A DNA stretch of 64,000 nt from Acholeplasma sp. (GTDB taxonomy: Bacteria; Bacillota_I; Bacilli_A; Acholeplasmatales; UBA5453): the NCBI GenBank assembly GCA_036677365.1, contig JAVBWN010000015.1:15847-79846 (forward strand). The letters run 5' to 3'. The notes below the pieces were generated by a model. The model did no database searches and was not told the DNA's origin. It saw nothing but the letters and a program-made list of their open reading frames with translations. Within the stretch, counting starts at the first letter, position 1, and each line of letters starts with the position of its first letter. A program made the position numbers and the translations under genes. Below, in pieces: positions 38,316 through 49,389 of this stretch.

Positions 38316-38678
38316 TTAAGCTCCTTTTTCCAATTGTTTTTTAATGAGTTTTGGTTCGTAATCAAAGGTCATGGTAATCTCTTTCCCTTTGACAAAAACC
38401 CCTGTATTTGACAACGCCTTTAATGCATCAAAATTCACAGCTTTGATGTTTCCAACAGTGAATTTTACCCGTTCATGTTCAACTGTGATTTGAACTAAAT
38501 TGTCAAATCCAAATGCGTTTTTAAGCGATAAAATGAATGTGGGTTCAATCGCATGACGGTCAAATGATTTGGGTTTACGTTTTTTTAAATAAGCATTGAG
38601 ACTGATCAATACCACCAGTGATGCAATCGCAATCACACCGATGATGGTAAATGTATCGAACTGATAAGTGGCTAACAT
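38316..38678 (-). CDS. Membrane-anchored PTS EIIB-like protein lacking the catalytic Cys
   Basis: One TM, then AFG.DNL...RVKFTV....VN.DALKAL...GV, matching the glucose-class EIIB pattern. Confidence 0.6.
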   Translation of the reverse strand: MLATYQFDTFTIIGVIAIASLVVLISLNAYLKKRKPKSFDRHAIEPTFILSLKNAFGFDNLVQITVEHERVKFTVGNIKAVNFDALKALSNTGVFVKGKEITMTFDYEPKLIKKQLEKGA

Positions 38679-38784
38679 GCAAACACCCCTTCATTATGAT
38701 TATACGTGGAGAACCTTTTTTTTACAAGCAATTATACGTTTTGTGTGGTATATTTATTATGTACATTTTTTTGAGGTGTTGCAC

Positions 38785-39597
38785 ATGATTATAGACTGGA
38801 TTAAATACATTTTATTGGGTATTATTCAAGGCATTACCGAGATATTACCCATTTCTTCTTCGGGCCATTTGGTTTTATTTCAATATATTTTGGATTTAAA
38901 ACAACCCGGTTTGGCATTTGAAATGTTCACAAACATGGCTTCTCTCATCGCGATGGTGTTGTTATTTTACAAAGATATTTGGCACTTAATTTCACAAACA
39001 TGGCGTTTTATTTTTAAAAAAGACGAAACTGCGAAAGAGGATTTCTTGTATGTCATCAAATTACTGATTGCGGTCATTCCAATCGGAATATTTGGCTTCA
39101 TCCTTAAAGATTGGGTCGGCTCAATCAAAAGTTTATGGTTTGTGGGGTTAGCTTTAATCCTTACAGGTACCTTCTTATTGATCATTTTTAAGTCTAGAAA
39201 TCAAGTGGAATCCCACGATGATGTCCGATATAAAGATGCCTTATTCATTGGGTTGGTACAAGCCATCGCCATTTTCCCTGGTGTTTCACGCAGTGGGTCA
39301 ACCATCATTGGTGGACTATCACAAAGACTTTCCTTGAAATCCTTGTTAAAGTTTTCATTCCTTTGTTATATCATCGTTTCGATTCCAGCATCCATGCTGT
39401 CAATCATCGATCTGGCTGAACAAGCCGAATCCATCGATGTGATTGGTTATGGGTTGGCTTTCATCTTTACACTCCTCACAACTTATCTTGCTGCATACTT
39501 TGTCATGAAACGCCTTCAAATCAAACATTTATTGTATTTTGGCGTCTATTGTGTGAGCGTTGGTTTGATGGCTTTCATCACACACTTCATCCTATAA
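38785..39597 (+). CDS. uppP: Undecaprenyl-diphosphate phosphatase
   Basis: QGITEILPISSSGHL and PGVSRSGST motifs; start ATG 38785 after GAGGTG. Confidence 0.92.
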   Translation: MIIDWIKYILLGIIQGITEILPISSSGHLVLFQYILDLKQPGLAFEMFTNMASLIAMVLLFYKDIWHLISQTWRFIFKKDETAKEDFLYVIKLLIAVIPIGIFGFILKDWVGSIKSLWFVGLALILTGTFLLIIFKSRNQVESHDDVRYKDALFIGLVQAIAIFPGVSRSGSTIIGGLSQRLSLKSLLKFSFLCYIIVSIPASMLSIIDLAEQAESIDVIGYGLAFIFTLLTTYLAAYFVMKRLQIKHLLYFGVYCVSVGLMAFITHFIL

Positions 39598-39604
39598 AAA
39601 TTCA

Positions 39605-39631
39605 AATCCATGCTTTCACGGCATGGATTTT
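39605..39631. terminator. Bidirectional terminator between uppP and queA
   Basis: AAATCCATGC/GCATGGATTT stem between convergent genes. Confidence 0.75.
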
Positions 39632-39632
39632 A

Positions 39633-40649
39633 TTATTTGATGAACATCGCATCTCCGAATGAAAAGAAACGGTATTGTTGTTTAACTGCTTCGTTATAAG
39701 CTTTTAATATCAATTCTCGATTGGAAAAAGCGGATACCAACATGATCAAAGTCGATTTTGGTAAGTGAAAATTGGTTATCAATGCACCAATTGTTTTAAA
39801 CGTATACCCTGGATAGATAAAAATGCTCGTACGATAAATCCCTGGATTGAACTGTGTGGTATAGTTACTTTCAAGTGTTCTGACGGTGGTAGTACCCACA
39901 GCGACAATGCGTTTTTGTTTTTTAATCGCATCATTTAGACGCTCTGCTGCTTTTTCAGTAATTTGATATAATTCTTCATGCATGTGGTGGTCTTCGATGG
40001 TATCTGTGGAGGTTGGTCTAAATGTCCCCAAACCAACATGCAAAGTGATCTCAATGATTTCTACCCCTTTTTGTCTAATTTTTTCTAACAAAGGTTGGGT
40101 AAAATGGAGCCCTGCAGTCGGTGCCGCAGCACTGCCAATTTCTTTCGCATAAACGGTTTGATAACGGTCTTTTTCTTCAAGTTTTTCATGGATATACGGA
40201 GGCAGTGGCATTTCACCGAGTTCATCTAAAACCTCGTAAAATATGCCCTCATGTGTGAAGATGAACGATTTGATGCCTTCTTCTTTTTCCATAACACATG
40301 TCGCAATCAATTTCCCGCCACCAAAACTGATTTTGGTTCCGACTTTGACACGTCGACCCGGTTTGACTAAAGCGTCCCACATCGATTCGTGTTGTTCTAA
40401 TAAAAGTAGCTCGATGACCGCGTTGGTATCCACTTTTAACCCAATCAATCGTGCCGGCATGACCTTGGTATTGTTGACCACCAGCACATCGTGGTCGGTG
40501 AGTTCATCGATGATTTGGCTGAATTTGGTATGGGTAAATGCGTTGGTTTTTCGGTTAACCATAAAAAGCCGTGACTCGTCACGGTTTTTCAAGGGGTGTT
40601 GTGCAATTAATCGTTCAGGTAATTCAAAATCAAAATCCGCTGTTCTCAT
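39633..40649 (-). CDS. queA: SAM:tRNA ribosyltransferase-isomerase
   Basis: [24 protein letters not shown] and FFSFGDAM motifs. Confidence 0.96.
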   Translation of the reverse strand: MRTADFDFELPERLIAQHPLKNRDESRLFMVNRKTNAFTHTKFSQIIDELTDHDVLVVNNTKVMPARLIGLKVDTNAVIELLLLEQHESMWDALVKPGRRVKVGTKISFGGGKLIATCVMEKEEGIKSFIFTHEGIFYEVLDELGEMPLPPYIHEKLEEKDRYQTVYAKEIGSAAAPTAGLHFTQPLLEKIRQKGVEIIEITLHVGLGTFRPTSTDTIEDHHMHEELYQITEKAAERLNDAIKKQKRIVAVGTTTVRTLESNYTTQFNPGIYRTSIFIYPGYTFKTIGALITNFHLPKSTLIMLVSAFSNRELILKAYNEAVKQQYRFFSFGDAMFIK

Positions 40650-41659
40650 TCTTCGAATAATCCTTTTAAATATTTTTTGCCTAAGGCATCGTAACTTTTT
40701 TGCATGGCAATTCGACCACGTGCGGTTCGCTTGATGAAGCCTTCTTGTAAAAGATAAGGTTCATACACATCTTCCACCGTGGTGATTTCTTCACCGATGG
40801 TCGCTGCAATCGATTCAAGTCCCACGGGTCCACCCGCAAACTTGTCGATGATGGCGGATAAATAGCGCTTATCGGTATGGTCTAACCCGTTGGATGATAT
40901 GCCTAGTTTTTCCAAAGCATGATTCGTTATCTCTAATGTGATGGTGCCATCACCGATGATTTCAGCGAAATCTCTCACACGTCTGAATAAACGGTTCGCA
41001 ATACGTGGTGTACCACGGGAACGCTTCGCAAGTTCAAGAATCGCGTTGGTTTTAATCTCTGTTTTATACACACTTGAGGTGCGTTTGATGATTTGGCCAA
41101 GCTCTTCTTGGTTGTAAAAAGATAGTCTCATTACCACGCCAAAACGATCGCGCAATGGGGCGGATAAATCACCAAAACGCGTGGTTGCGCCAATTAAAGT
41201 AAATGGGGGTAAATCAATTCTGATGGAGCGGGATTGTTGGTCTTTTCCTATCACAATATCGATGACATAATCTTCCATCGCTGCGTATAAGACTTCTTCG
41301 ACGACGCGAGGCAACCGGTGAATTTCATCGATGAATAATACATCCCCCGGTTCCAAGGATGTCAAAATCGCCGCGAGGTCACCACTGCGTTCAATCGCTG
41401 GTCCAGAGGTGACTTTCATATTCACACCCATCTCATTCGAGACGATTTGGGCGAGGGTCGTCTTACCTAAACCAGGGGGGCCATAAAACAAAATATGGTC
41501 AATGGTTTCTTCACGCTTCAAAGCGGCTTTGATATAAACATCCAACATTTCTTTGATGTCTTTTTGTCCGATATATTCATTTAATTTTTGGGGTCTTAAC
41601 GTTTGATCTTCATCCTCTTTCATCGCAAGTGAGGAGATGATGCGTTCATCGTTTTTCAT
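40646..41659 (-). CDS. ruvB: Holliday junction branch migration helicase RuvB
   Basis: [19 protein letters not shown] and GGPVGL motifs. Confidence 0.96.
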   Translation of the reverse strand: MKNDERIISSLAMKEDEDQTLRPQKLNEYIGQKDIKEMLDVYIKAALKREETIDHILFYGPPGLGKTTLAQIVSNEMGVNMKVTSGPAIERSGDLAAILTSLEPGDVLFIDEIHRLPRVVEEVLYAAMEDYVIDIVIGKDQQSRSIRIDLPPFTLIGATTRFGDLSAPLRDRFGVVMRLSFYNQEELGQIIKRTSSVYKTEIKTNAILELAKRSRGTPRIANRLFRRVRDFAEIIGDGTITLEITNHALEKLGISSNGLDHTDKRYLSAIIDKFAGGPVGLESIAATIGEEITTVEDVYEPYLLQEGFIKRTARGRIAMQKSYDALGKKYLKGLFEE

Positions 41660-41666
41660 ATAATAC

Positions 41667-42221
41667 CTACTTTATTAAGAGTTGAAGGGCTTGTTTGATG
41701 CGTTTTTCGGTTGACAAAGCGGGGTCTAATTTAGAGATGACTTTACGTAATTCTGAGGCAGAATACCCCAATGCCATCAATGCTTCTTGGACTTCATCTT
41801 TATGGTTGGTGTGAATTTCAAGGGCTTTTTTGTCCAATTTACCTTTCAAATCGAGTATGATTTGTTGTGCACTCTTTGGGCCAATCCCTGGAAATTTGGT
41901 TAAAAACTTGACGTCTTGATTTTCAATGGCATATTCGATTTGGTCTGGTTTACCAGAAGCTAAGATCGATAGTGCACTTTTAGGGCCAATACCAGAAACA
42001 CTGATCAAATCTTCGAAGAGATTTCTGGCTTCTTTGGTATCAAAACCATACAAAGTATCTTGGTCTTCGCGCACATGGTGATGTAAATACATTTTGACTG
42101 TTTCACCTAATTTATAAATATATGGGTTGGGTGCAACAATCAAATAACCAACGCCTTGGTTATCCAAAACCACGTTGGTTGGTTCAATTTCAGCAATCGT
42201 GCCAATGATGTAAGCATACAT
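41667..42221 (-). CDS. ruvA: Holliday junction binding protein RuvA
   Basis: VRED..LYGF, VSGIGPK, PGIGPK and ALMALGY motifs. Confidence 0.95.
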   Translation of the reverse strand: MYAYIIGTIAEIEPTNVVLDNQGVGYLIVAPNPYIYKLGETVKMYLHHHVREDQDTLYGFDTKEARNLFEDLISVSGIGPKSALSILASGKPDQIEYAIENQDVKFLTKFPGIGPKSAQQIILDLKGKLDKKALEIHTNHKDEVQEALMALGYSASELRKVISKLDPALSTEKRIKQALQLLIK

Positions 42222-42265
42222 AAAAAAATCACCTCAATAACAAAACCATTATACCATGATTTATT

Positions 42266-42859
42266 TTATAAAACGGGTTTTTCAAGCACAACCCGCGATT
42301 TGTTGTCTGAATAAATCAACTTCAAATCAAAATGTTCACATAAATAATAAAATGACTGTATGTTATAAAAAACGACATGGGTAACATCTCTCACATACCA
42401 CCATTGGTGGATGTTTTCATAATCTTCATAAAACTGGGTTTGAATGATGAGTCTTCCGCCTGGGTTTAATAGTTCAACCAATCCATTAAATGCCTGGATT
42501 GGTTCTTCAAAATGTTCGATGACCTCAATCAGGATAATGTTATCAAATCTTTGGTTGAAAATAGCTCTGTCTGGATAATAAAACAAATCATATAAAGCCA
42601 AGTCTGGGATGAATTGCTTAAGCACTGCCCCTTCACCACACCCATAATCTAAAGTGGTTCCTTTATTCATATATATACCGATGAACTCATCAAAAATACG
42701 TTTTTGGTATGCGATATATTCTAAATTATCTTCACCATTATGGTGGGTATCATACCGCACTTTCGCATCCGCTAAAGATATCCAGTGTTTACGGTCTTTT
42801 CTCACGATATGGGTCATTTGATCGATATGAAATTGTATTTTTGGGATTTTTTTCTTCAT
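42266..42859 (-). CDS. Class I SAM-dependent methyltransferase
   Basis: LDYGCGEG, EVIEH and WWYVRDVTHV motifs. Confidence 0.85.
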   Translation of the reverse strand: MKKKIPKIQFHIDQMTHIVRKDRKHWISLADAKVRYDTHHNGEDNLEYIAYQKRIFDEFIGIYMNKGTTLDYGCGEGAVLKQFIPDLALYDLFYYPDRAIFNQRFDNIILIEVIEHFEEPIQAFNGLVELLNPGGRLIIQTQFYEDYENIHQWWYVRDVTHVVFYNIQSFYYLCEHFDLKLIYSDNKSRVVLEKPVL

Positions 42860-42938
42860 AATCCATTCCTTTACAGTTTGATTATACCAAATGATGGCTT
42901 TATTATGGTATAATAAACAAGAATTAGAGGTGGTTTAT

Positions 42939-45900
42939 TTGAGTAAAATAAACGCTAAAAATTATGAATATAAACAAAAAGGGCGTTTCGATACGCTTTT
43001 TCGTGATGTCTTAACCGCGTATGCCATCACCAATGAAACGTCTCACCAGCTCAAAGCAACCCGTGTTTCTTTAGAAAACCTGTATGACCAAATCATTGAA
43101 CTCAATCGACAATATGAAAATTCACTCATACGATATACTAAAGATTACTCGATTCAACTCTCCGAAATCAACAAATCACACCAAGACGCATTACATCAGC
43201 TCGATGTGGTTTACGCCGATACGCTCAAGCAATTTAAACAACAAGTCGTCAATGAAAACATTGAAGCCAATAAGAAATTAACGGAGATTCATCTCAATTT
43301 TCAAAGACAAACACAGCAGACAAATATCCACATCTACCGTGCATTATTAGAGATGAAACAACGTCATCAAGAACTCGATTTTGAATATGAACAAGAAAAA
43401 GTGTCCTATCAAAAAGCGATCGATGAAATTGAAAAAATCAAGGAACAAACGCTTAAAGACATTGAAAAACGTTTTGAAAACGAACTTAAAGATAATAAAG
43501 CCGCTGACCAAGCCAGACAAGTTCGACTCAATACAGAAATTCAAACCATTCAAACCAAAAAACAATCGGAACAAACCGATTTTGATGAGTCTATTCTAAA
43601 AATCAAAACGGTATTTAACCGTGTCACCATCAAGTTCAATCAAAAAATCCGTGACATTCAAAAGAAATATCAAAAAATCATGGGTCAACAAGAATCGGAT
43701 ATTCAAAGTGAAATCGAACGTGTTCAAGAAGCAATGACTGCGCTCAAACAATCTTATCAAGATCAAGACCGTTTAACTCGCGATGAGTTTGAAGATGAAT
43801 TGATCAAGTACGATGCCCGATTGGATCAACTCAAAATCAACTACGAAGCCACCAAAGACCAAATCATCCGCAACTTCTCTCGAGACATTACTGTCCACAA
43901 CTCTAAACTGGCGAATGCGAAAGAACAAATCAACCTCCAATTGATTGCTCTTGAAAAAATGACCCAACAGCACCGTTTAGAGTTATCTAAAGAGGCTTTG
44001 GATTATCATGAACGCTTAGGTGCGATTAATAAAAACTATATCAAAGAAAAAAACAACCTAGAGTTACAAGCCAAACAAGCGATCAGAGATACTTCGATTC
44101 AAAATCGAATAAGACAAAAGCGTCATCAGCATGAACTGTTGACCCACGAATTTGAATTCATTAAAACCCAGGAAATTTACCGTCTTAAACGTAGAATGGC
44201 TGAGCGTTTTAAAGAACAAGAGTTGCGCAGACATAAATATGAGTTTGAAAAAGATTGGTTGAAACTGAATGACCAGAATAAAATGCTTGAAAAACGTTTA
44301 TTCATTGAAAACCAAGTGTTGCGTGAACAACAAGGTCTAGATATTTACCCTTATGAGGCCATGGTATTATTGGCTAGGGAAGTTCATGACGCTGAAATGA
44401 ATTATCGGACCCTAGAGAACAACCATTATAAACAACTATTTTCGCTAGATGAACGTAAACTAAACTATGTGTCTACCATCGATGAAAATACCCTTAAACA
44501 TGAAAAAAACAGGATCATTTTGAAACACGATTACGATATCAAGCGCACCAATGTGGTCGCTTATTTGGACATGGAGTATGCCAAAAATAGTCTAAGTGGC
44601 CATAAACAAATATTCGATGAACGTAAAAAAGAGTATGAATTACAATATCAAAAACGAGAAAAAGGGTATTTATTTGAGCAAGATAAAGCCAAAGAAATCC
44701 GAATATTCGAACAAAAAATGATATCCTTCTCACAAAAATTACTTTCACAAATCATCGAAGTCCAAGAATCCAAAGCGCTGATTGAATATGATTCACAAGT
44801 AGAGCTTGAAAAGAGCCGTCATACCAAAGAAATCGGAATTCGAAAAGCAAGACGTATTTTAGATACCAGCATGAACGAGACACAGCGTCAAAAACGTTTA
44901 TTCGACATTTACTTTCAAATGCTGCTTGTCATGCAAAATGAGTTTGAAAACATTCTATTATTGTTAAGGGATATTTTCCAAACTTCTTCGATTGAACAAT
45001 GGCGTGGTTCTTTAAAATTTATTCACGACATTTTAGATGAACAAACCGCGTTAAAAACAAAGCTCATCGAAGAACTTGAAGCCGAAACCACCGCATATTA
45101 CCAAGAAAAAATCAATGAACTCACCGCATTTAAATACATGAATTTAAAAGAATCCATCCTCAGTGATTATGAATCTGAACACAAATTATATGTGGAACAA
45201 ATCACGATGTTGGATGAACAATTGAAGTCACTGCGTGCGAAAGGGGCCGATTTATACCAACAAATTGCCCACTTACAAAATGAAAATGCCAACATCGAAT
45301 CGACCAAAGCATTGATCTATGAACAAATTTCACGCATTTCATCGCGTTTAATCTCCAAACAACAACGGAAGACTGCATGTAACTTAAAAAATGAATTGGC
45401 CACATTAAATAAAGAAATTCATAAGAACAATGATTTGATCAAACATATTCAAGAACAGATCCGTAAAACCAATAAAGAGATGCAAAGCCTCGACAAAAAT
45501 CATAAACCCCTTGAAATGATGTTGGTTAAAATCGAAAAAACGCGTGAATTAAGAGAGAAAAATTTGGACCGCTCACAATATGAAGAGGGCCGTGTTTACT
45601 ATGATTCCATTGATGCTATTGAGGCCCTAACAGCGTTAATTCTTAAAACAAACGATGATTTGTTAGCCCATACCAAGGCGGTTTTAAATGCACTCGACCA
45701 AGATGTTATATTGGAAAAGGTATTTTCTACTTCTTATATCTACTTGTCAAAACAAGCGGTCAAAACCCGTACACAGTTCTTGAATTACCACAAGAAAGGC
45801 ATCGCTTTATGTGATCAACAATTCAATCAAATACGCTATGAACAACACCGTATCATGAAAGAATATGAGACCGCCTATGATCTCACACAACACAATATCG

Positions 45901-46595
45901 CCGACACCTTGGAAAAACGTGTTCAAAAGATGACTGAAAAATTGAAGGAACTCGAAAATTACCGACTATCTTTCACTAAAGTTCAACAACGCCAACTTCA
46001 GTCACAACTCAAAGGCATTGATTTGGCACTAACCCATTTCATTGAGCAACACAATGATAAATCCAATGCAGGCTTAAAAGCGTATCAACAAGCGGTAGAA
46101 CGACGTGAGACTTTGTTGATGGCGACAAAAACAAACACAGAAAGCGTCACCGCTGAACTTGAAGCCAAATTCAAAGCAAGCAACACCAATATTGACAATC
46201 AAAACGCGGTCGCATTTAAAGAACTTTCTAAAAAGGTTTTCGCTGTGGATGCCGATATTAAACAGGCAACCTTAGTATTTGATGAGAAAATTGCGTTTTA
46301 TGCCGAAAAAGATGCGCTTGCACGCACACGCATCCAAGAAAACCTCAATCAAAATCGTCTAAAATCGCACCGTGCCATCGGACAATACCAATTTGATATC
46401 GAAGTCATGAAACTTCAAATGACCCGCCATGCCAAACGTGCCGACGTGGTTTGTAGTCGAAAGATTAAACACTTGATGATTAAAGAACACTTAATGAAGT
46501 TCCCACTGAGAAGCGATACTTCAAAAACCATCAAACGTCGTAAACGACAAGCGAAACACACGTGGGCCATTAAACAAAATAAACTAATTCACTAA
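42939..46595 (+). CDS. Very large coiled-coil protein of unknown function (~1218 aa)
   Basis: Q/E/K/L-rich helical sequence, very few Pro/Gly; TTG 42939 follows GAGGTG and a TGnTATAAT. Confidence 0.8.
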   Translation: MSKINAKNYEYKQKGRFDTLFRDVLTAYAITNETSHQLKATRVSLENLYDQIIELNRQYENSLIRYTKDYSIQLSEINKSHQDALHQLDVVYADTLKQFKQQVVNENIEANKKLTEIHLNFQRQTQQTNIHIYRALLEMKQRHQELDFEYEQEKVSYQKAIDEIEKIKEQTLKDIEKRFENELKDNKAADQARQVRLNTEIQTIQTKKQSEQTDFDESILKIKTVFNRVTIKFNQKIRDIQKKYQKIMGQQESDIQSEIERVQEAMTALKQSYQDQDRLTRDEFEDELIKYDARLDQLKINYEATKDQIIRNFSRDITVHNSKLANAKEQINLQLIALEKMTQQHRLELSKEALDYHERLGAINKNYIKEKNNLELQAKQAIRDTSIQNRIRQKRHQHELLTHEFEFIKTQEIYRLKRRMAERFKEQELRRHKYEFEKDWLKLNDQNKMLEKRLFIENQVLREQQGLDIYPYEAMVLLAREVHDAEMNYRTLENNHYKQLFSLDERKLNYVSTIDENTLKHEKNRIILKHDYDIKRTNVVAYLDMEYAKNSLSGHKQIFDERKKEYELQYQKREKGYLFEQDKAKEIRIFEQKMISFSQKLLSQIIEVQESKALIEYDSQVELEKSRHTKEIGIRKARRILDTSMNETQRQKRLFDIYFQMLLVMQNEFENILLLLRDIFQTSSIEQWRGSLKFIHDILDEQTALKTKLIEELEAETTAYYQEKINELTAFKYMNLKESILSDYESEHKLYVEQITMLDEQLKSLRAKGADLYQQIAHLQNENANIESTKALIYEQISRISSRLISKQQRKTACNLKNELATLNKEIHKNNDLIKHIQEQIRKTNKEMQSLDKNHKPLEMMLVKIEKTRELREKNLDRSQYEEGRVYYDSIDAIEALTALILKTNDDLLAHTKAVLNALDQDVILEKVFSTSYIYLSKQAVKTRTQFLNYHKKGIALCDQQFNQIRYEQHRIMKEYETAYDLTQHNIADTLEKRVQKMTEKLKELENYRLSFTKVQQRQLQSQLKGIDLALTHFIEQHNDKSNAGLKAYQQAVERRETLLMATKTNTESVTAELEAKFKASNTNIDNQNAVAFKELSKKVFAVDADIKQATLVFDEKIAFYAEKDALARTRIQENLNQNRLKSHRAIGQYQFDIEVMKLQMTRHAKRADVVCSRKIKHLMIKEHLMKFPLRSDTSKTIKRRKRQAKHTWAIKQNKLIH

Positions 46596-46596
46596 A

Positions 46597-46634
46597 AAAA
46601 TCCGCCGAGTAGACTCAGTCTATTGGGCGGATTT
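46597..46634. terminator. Bidirectional terminator
   Basis: AAAATCCGCC..GGCGGATTTT long stem between convergent genes. Confidence 0.75.
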
Positions 46635-46639
46635 TCATC

Positions 46640-47407
46640 TTATATGTGTTTGTCTAACCAAGCGACGACATCATTCAAGACATCTTCACGGTCAAGTTCA
46701 TTTAATGTTTCATGCCAATCATTCGGGTAAATTTTTAACGTTTTATCGGGTTGTGATAACAATTCAAACAGTCGATTTGAAAACTCAACTGGGACAATTT
46801 TATCCAATGCACCATGGAACATCAATATCGGTTTGTTGTGATAAATGAGGTTTTTATTTAAGTGTTTGACTCCTTTTACAAACATTTCACCAATCAAATT
46901 GATGTAGTACTTTTTAAGTACCAATGGGTCACGCATATAGTCGTCTTCTACTTTTTCAATGTGTGACAACATATTGCGTGCCAAATTGTTTTTCACTTGT
47001 AAAAAACCATAATACTTGAATCCGATGTAACGGACAAACTGCACATCTTTGATGTAATAGGTGGGTCCAGCACTGGTAATTGAAGCATCAAATCCATTGT
47101 CTTGGGTCATATAAAGGTGTGTGATCAACGCACCCATGGAGTGACCAAACAAAATGTTTCTTGAACCTTTATGTGCGTTAAATACAGTGGTTACATCATC
47201 CAAATAATCCCGATAGGTACGGATGTAGCCGCGTTTACCTTCTGACTTCCCATGACCTCGCAAATCAAAACGAACGACGGAATATCCTTTATCGTTTAAA
47301 AACTTAGCGACATGATCGTATCTACCGACATGTTCAGCAATCCCATGCACGATGAAAATACGCATTTTTTCATTTGGTACAATGTTTGTTACGATATTTA
47401 ATTTCAT
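46640..47407 (-). CDS. Alpha/beta hydrolase (lysophospholipase-like)
   Basis: HGIAEH, DLRGHGKS, GHSMG and HETLNE motifs; start ATG 47407. Confidence 0.9.
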   Translation of the reverse strand: MKLNIVTNIVPNEKMRIFIVHGIAEHVGRYDHVAKFLNDKGYSVVRFDLRGHGKSEGKRGYIRTYRDYLDDVTTVFNAHKGSRNILFGHSMGALITHLYMTQDNGFDASITSAGPTYYIKDVQFVRYIGFKYYGFLQVKNNLARNMLSHIEKVEDDYMRDPLVLKKYYINLIGEMFVKGVKHLNKNLIYHNKPILMFHGALDKIVPVEFSNRLFELLSQPDKTLKIYPNDWHETLNELDREDVLNDVVAWLDKHI

Positions 47408-47480
47408 AATCACGCTCTCCTTACCCTTATTATAAAATAAAAACACACTTTCAACAATTGAAAGTGTGTAAATTTGATGA

Positions 47481-48749
47481 TTAATCGGTAAATTCAAATT
47501 CGTATTCAAAGACACGAACGCTGTCACCCGATTGAACACCGGCTTTTCTAAGTGCTTCATCGACACCGTAACTTCTCAGTTGTCTAGCAAAACGTCTGAC
47601 GTTTTCTTCTTTAGAAAAATCGGTACGCATGAATAAACGATATAAACCTTCACCTTTGACAACATAGACACCATCCCCTGCCTTTTCAATGGTAAAGAAC
47701 GCTTCTTCCTTGTTTTTGATGTAGTTTTTATGTACTTCAGAGATTTCAAATTTCGGGGTAATTTCAACGAGGTCCATCGCTCGATAAACGAGTTCTTTTA
47801 AACCTTGTTTCGTGATTGATGAGATTGGGAAAACCTCATATTGATCGCCGATTTGTTCTTTGAATTTTTCTAAATTTGCCCACGCGTTTGGTAAATCCAT
47901 TTTGGATGCTGCGATGATCATCGGGCGTTTGAGTAAATCGTAATTGTATGATTCCAATTCTTTATTGATTTTCAGGAAGTCTTCGTAAGGGTTTTTCTCC
48001 TCAAGTGAATCCATTTCAACCACATGGATGATGACACGGCAACGTTCAATGTGTTTTAAGAACTGAATGCCTAAGCCGGCACCTAAGGATGCCCCTTCGA
48101 TGAGCCCTGGCAAGTCAGCCATGACAAAACTCTTATTTTCACCCACGTAAACAAGCCCTAAATGCGGTTCTAATGTGGTGAAGTGGTATTCTGCAATTTT
48201 GGGTCTCGCACGTGATACCGCGGAAATTAACGTGGATTTCCCCACCGATGGGTAACCAACCAACCCAACATCCGCGAGTACTTTGAGTTCTACGCGTAAG
48301 TTCTTTTGTTCACCCAAATCGCCTTTTTCACAAATTTCCGGGGCTGGGTTTCGATGGGTTGCGAAAGCTTCGTTCCCACGACCACCACGGCCGCCTTTGG
48401 CAATTAAAAGTGTTTGTCCGTGCATCGTCAAGTCACCAATCATCAAGTTGGTATCTTGGTCATAGACAATCGTACCAATCGGTACTTTGATATACGTATG
48501 TTCAGCGTTTCGACCATTTTGAGACTTATTGAGTCCGTTCGTGCCGTCTTTCGCTGTAATGTGCTTATTGAATGTGAGGTCTAAAAGTGTCGATAAGCCT
48601 TCTTCAGCAACAAAATAGATGTTACCGCCAGCCCCACCAGTACCGCCTGCAGGACCGCCGTACTCAACATATTTTTCGCGTCTGAATGCGACGATACCAT
48701 CGCCACCTCTGCCGCCCTTAACTTTTATGAATGTTTCATCTTTAAACAT
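47481..48749 (-). CDS. obgE: GTPase Obg
   Basis: Gly-rich N-terminus; GYPSVGKS, YHFTT and DLPGLIEGA motifs; OCT domain. Confidence 0.96.
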   Translation of the reverse strand: MFKDETFIKVKGGRGGDGIVAFRREKYVEYGGPAGGTGGAGGNIYFVAEEGLSTLLDLTFNKHITAKDGTNGLNKSQNGRNAEHTYIKVPIGTIVYDQDTNLMIGDLTMHGQTLLIAKGGRGGRGNEAFATHRNPAPEICEKGDLGEQKNLRVELKVLADVGLVGYPSVGKSTLISAVSRARPKIAEYHFTTLEPHLGLVYVGENKSFVMADLPGLIEGASLGAGLGIQFLKHIERCRVIIHVVEMDSLEEKNPYEDFLKINKELESYNYDLLKRPMIIAASKMDLPNAWANLEKFKEQIGDQYEVFPISSITKQGLKELVYRAMDLVEITPKFEISEVHKNYIKNKEEAFFTIEKAGDGVYVVKGEGLYRLFMRTDFSKEENVRRFARQLRSYGVDEALRKAGVQSGDSVRVFEYEFEFTD

Positions 48750-48767
48750 GGTGAACCTCCTGAATTG

Positions 48768-48797
48768 AAAAAAAAGGATAAGTCGGGCTTATCCTTC
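48768..48797 (-). terminator. Terminator-like hairpin between rpmA and obgE
   Basis: AAGGATAAG/CTTATCCTT stem plus T-run, overlapping the rpmA stop. Confidence 0.6.
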
Positions 48798-49067
48798 GTA
48801 GACTGAAACTTGCTTTTTATCTCTGCCAAGACGTTCGTACTTGACGATGCCGGTTACTTTAGCAAATAAAGTATCGTCACCACCACGACCAACGTTGTTA
48901 CCAGGATGTACTTTTGTTCCGCGTTGACGGTAGATAATAGAACCAGCAGTGCAGAATTGACCATCTGATAGTTTTGCGCCTAGACGTTGAGCTGCTGAAT
49001 CGCGTCCGTTACGAGATGAACCCGTACCTTTTTTCGATGCGAATAACTGAATGTTTAATTGTAACAT
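48789..49067 (-). CDS. rpmA: 50S ribosomal protein L27 with Prp-cleaved N-terminal extension
   Basis: [19 protein letters not shown] and RQRGT motifs. Confidence 0.96.
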   Translation of the reverse strand: MLQLNIQLFASKKGTGSSRNGRDSAAQRLGAKLSDGQFCTAGSIIYRQRGTKVHPGNNVGRGGDDTLFAKVTGIVKYERLGRDKKQVSVYEG

Positions 49068-49068
49068 G

Positions 49069-49380
49069 TTATCCCTCCTTTTGGTGTTTTATATATTTAG
49101 GGTATTGTAGTTCTAGTTCTTTGAGCGTCTCCTCTAAATTGTTTAAGACATGCTCAAGATTGGGGTTGGATTGTAACACCTTCAAATCGAAGAAACCTTC
49201 TTCAACCGATACAGTGTAGTCCCCTTTAAAGCCCATTCTTTCTAATAAGTTTGCAGAAAGGATGGTGGCTGTGGATACTGCAGCACAAACGATGTCTTCG
49301 CCATGTTTTTTATAATTGGCATGTCCACTCACACGAATGGATGTGATCGTTTGGTCCTTACACACATGATATTTAATCAT
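49069..49380 (-). CDS. prp: Ribosomal-processing cysteine protease
   Basis: SGHA and DIVCAAVS motifs; between rplU and rpmA. Confidence 0.93.
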   Translation of the reverse strand: MIKYHVCKDQTITSIRVSGHANYKKHGEDIVCAAVSTATILSANLLERMGFKGDYTVSVEEGFFDLKVLQSNPNLEHVLNNLEETLKELELQYPKYIKHQKEG

Positions 49381-49389
49381 ATGTTGTTA

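Noticed and set aside
40243..40734. 163-aa + strand ORF, and the many similar short opposite-strand or off-frame ORFs in the track
   Set aside because: They overlap well-supported genes and show no recognisable motifs
42939..46595. SMC/SbcC call for the coiled-coil protein
   Set aside because: No Walker A/B, signature motif or hinge is visible
48789..49380. L27 N-terminal extension with Prp protease as a novelty
   Set aside because: Well-known arrangement in Firmicutes and relatives
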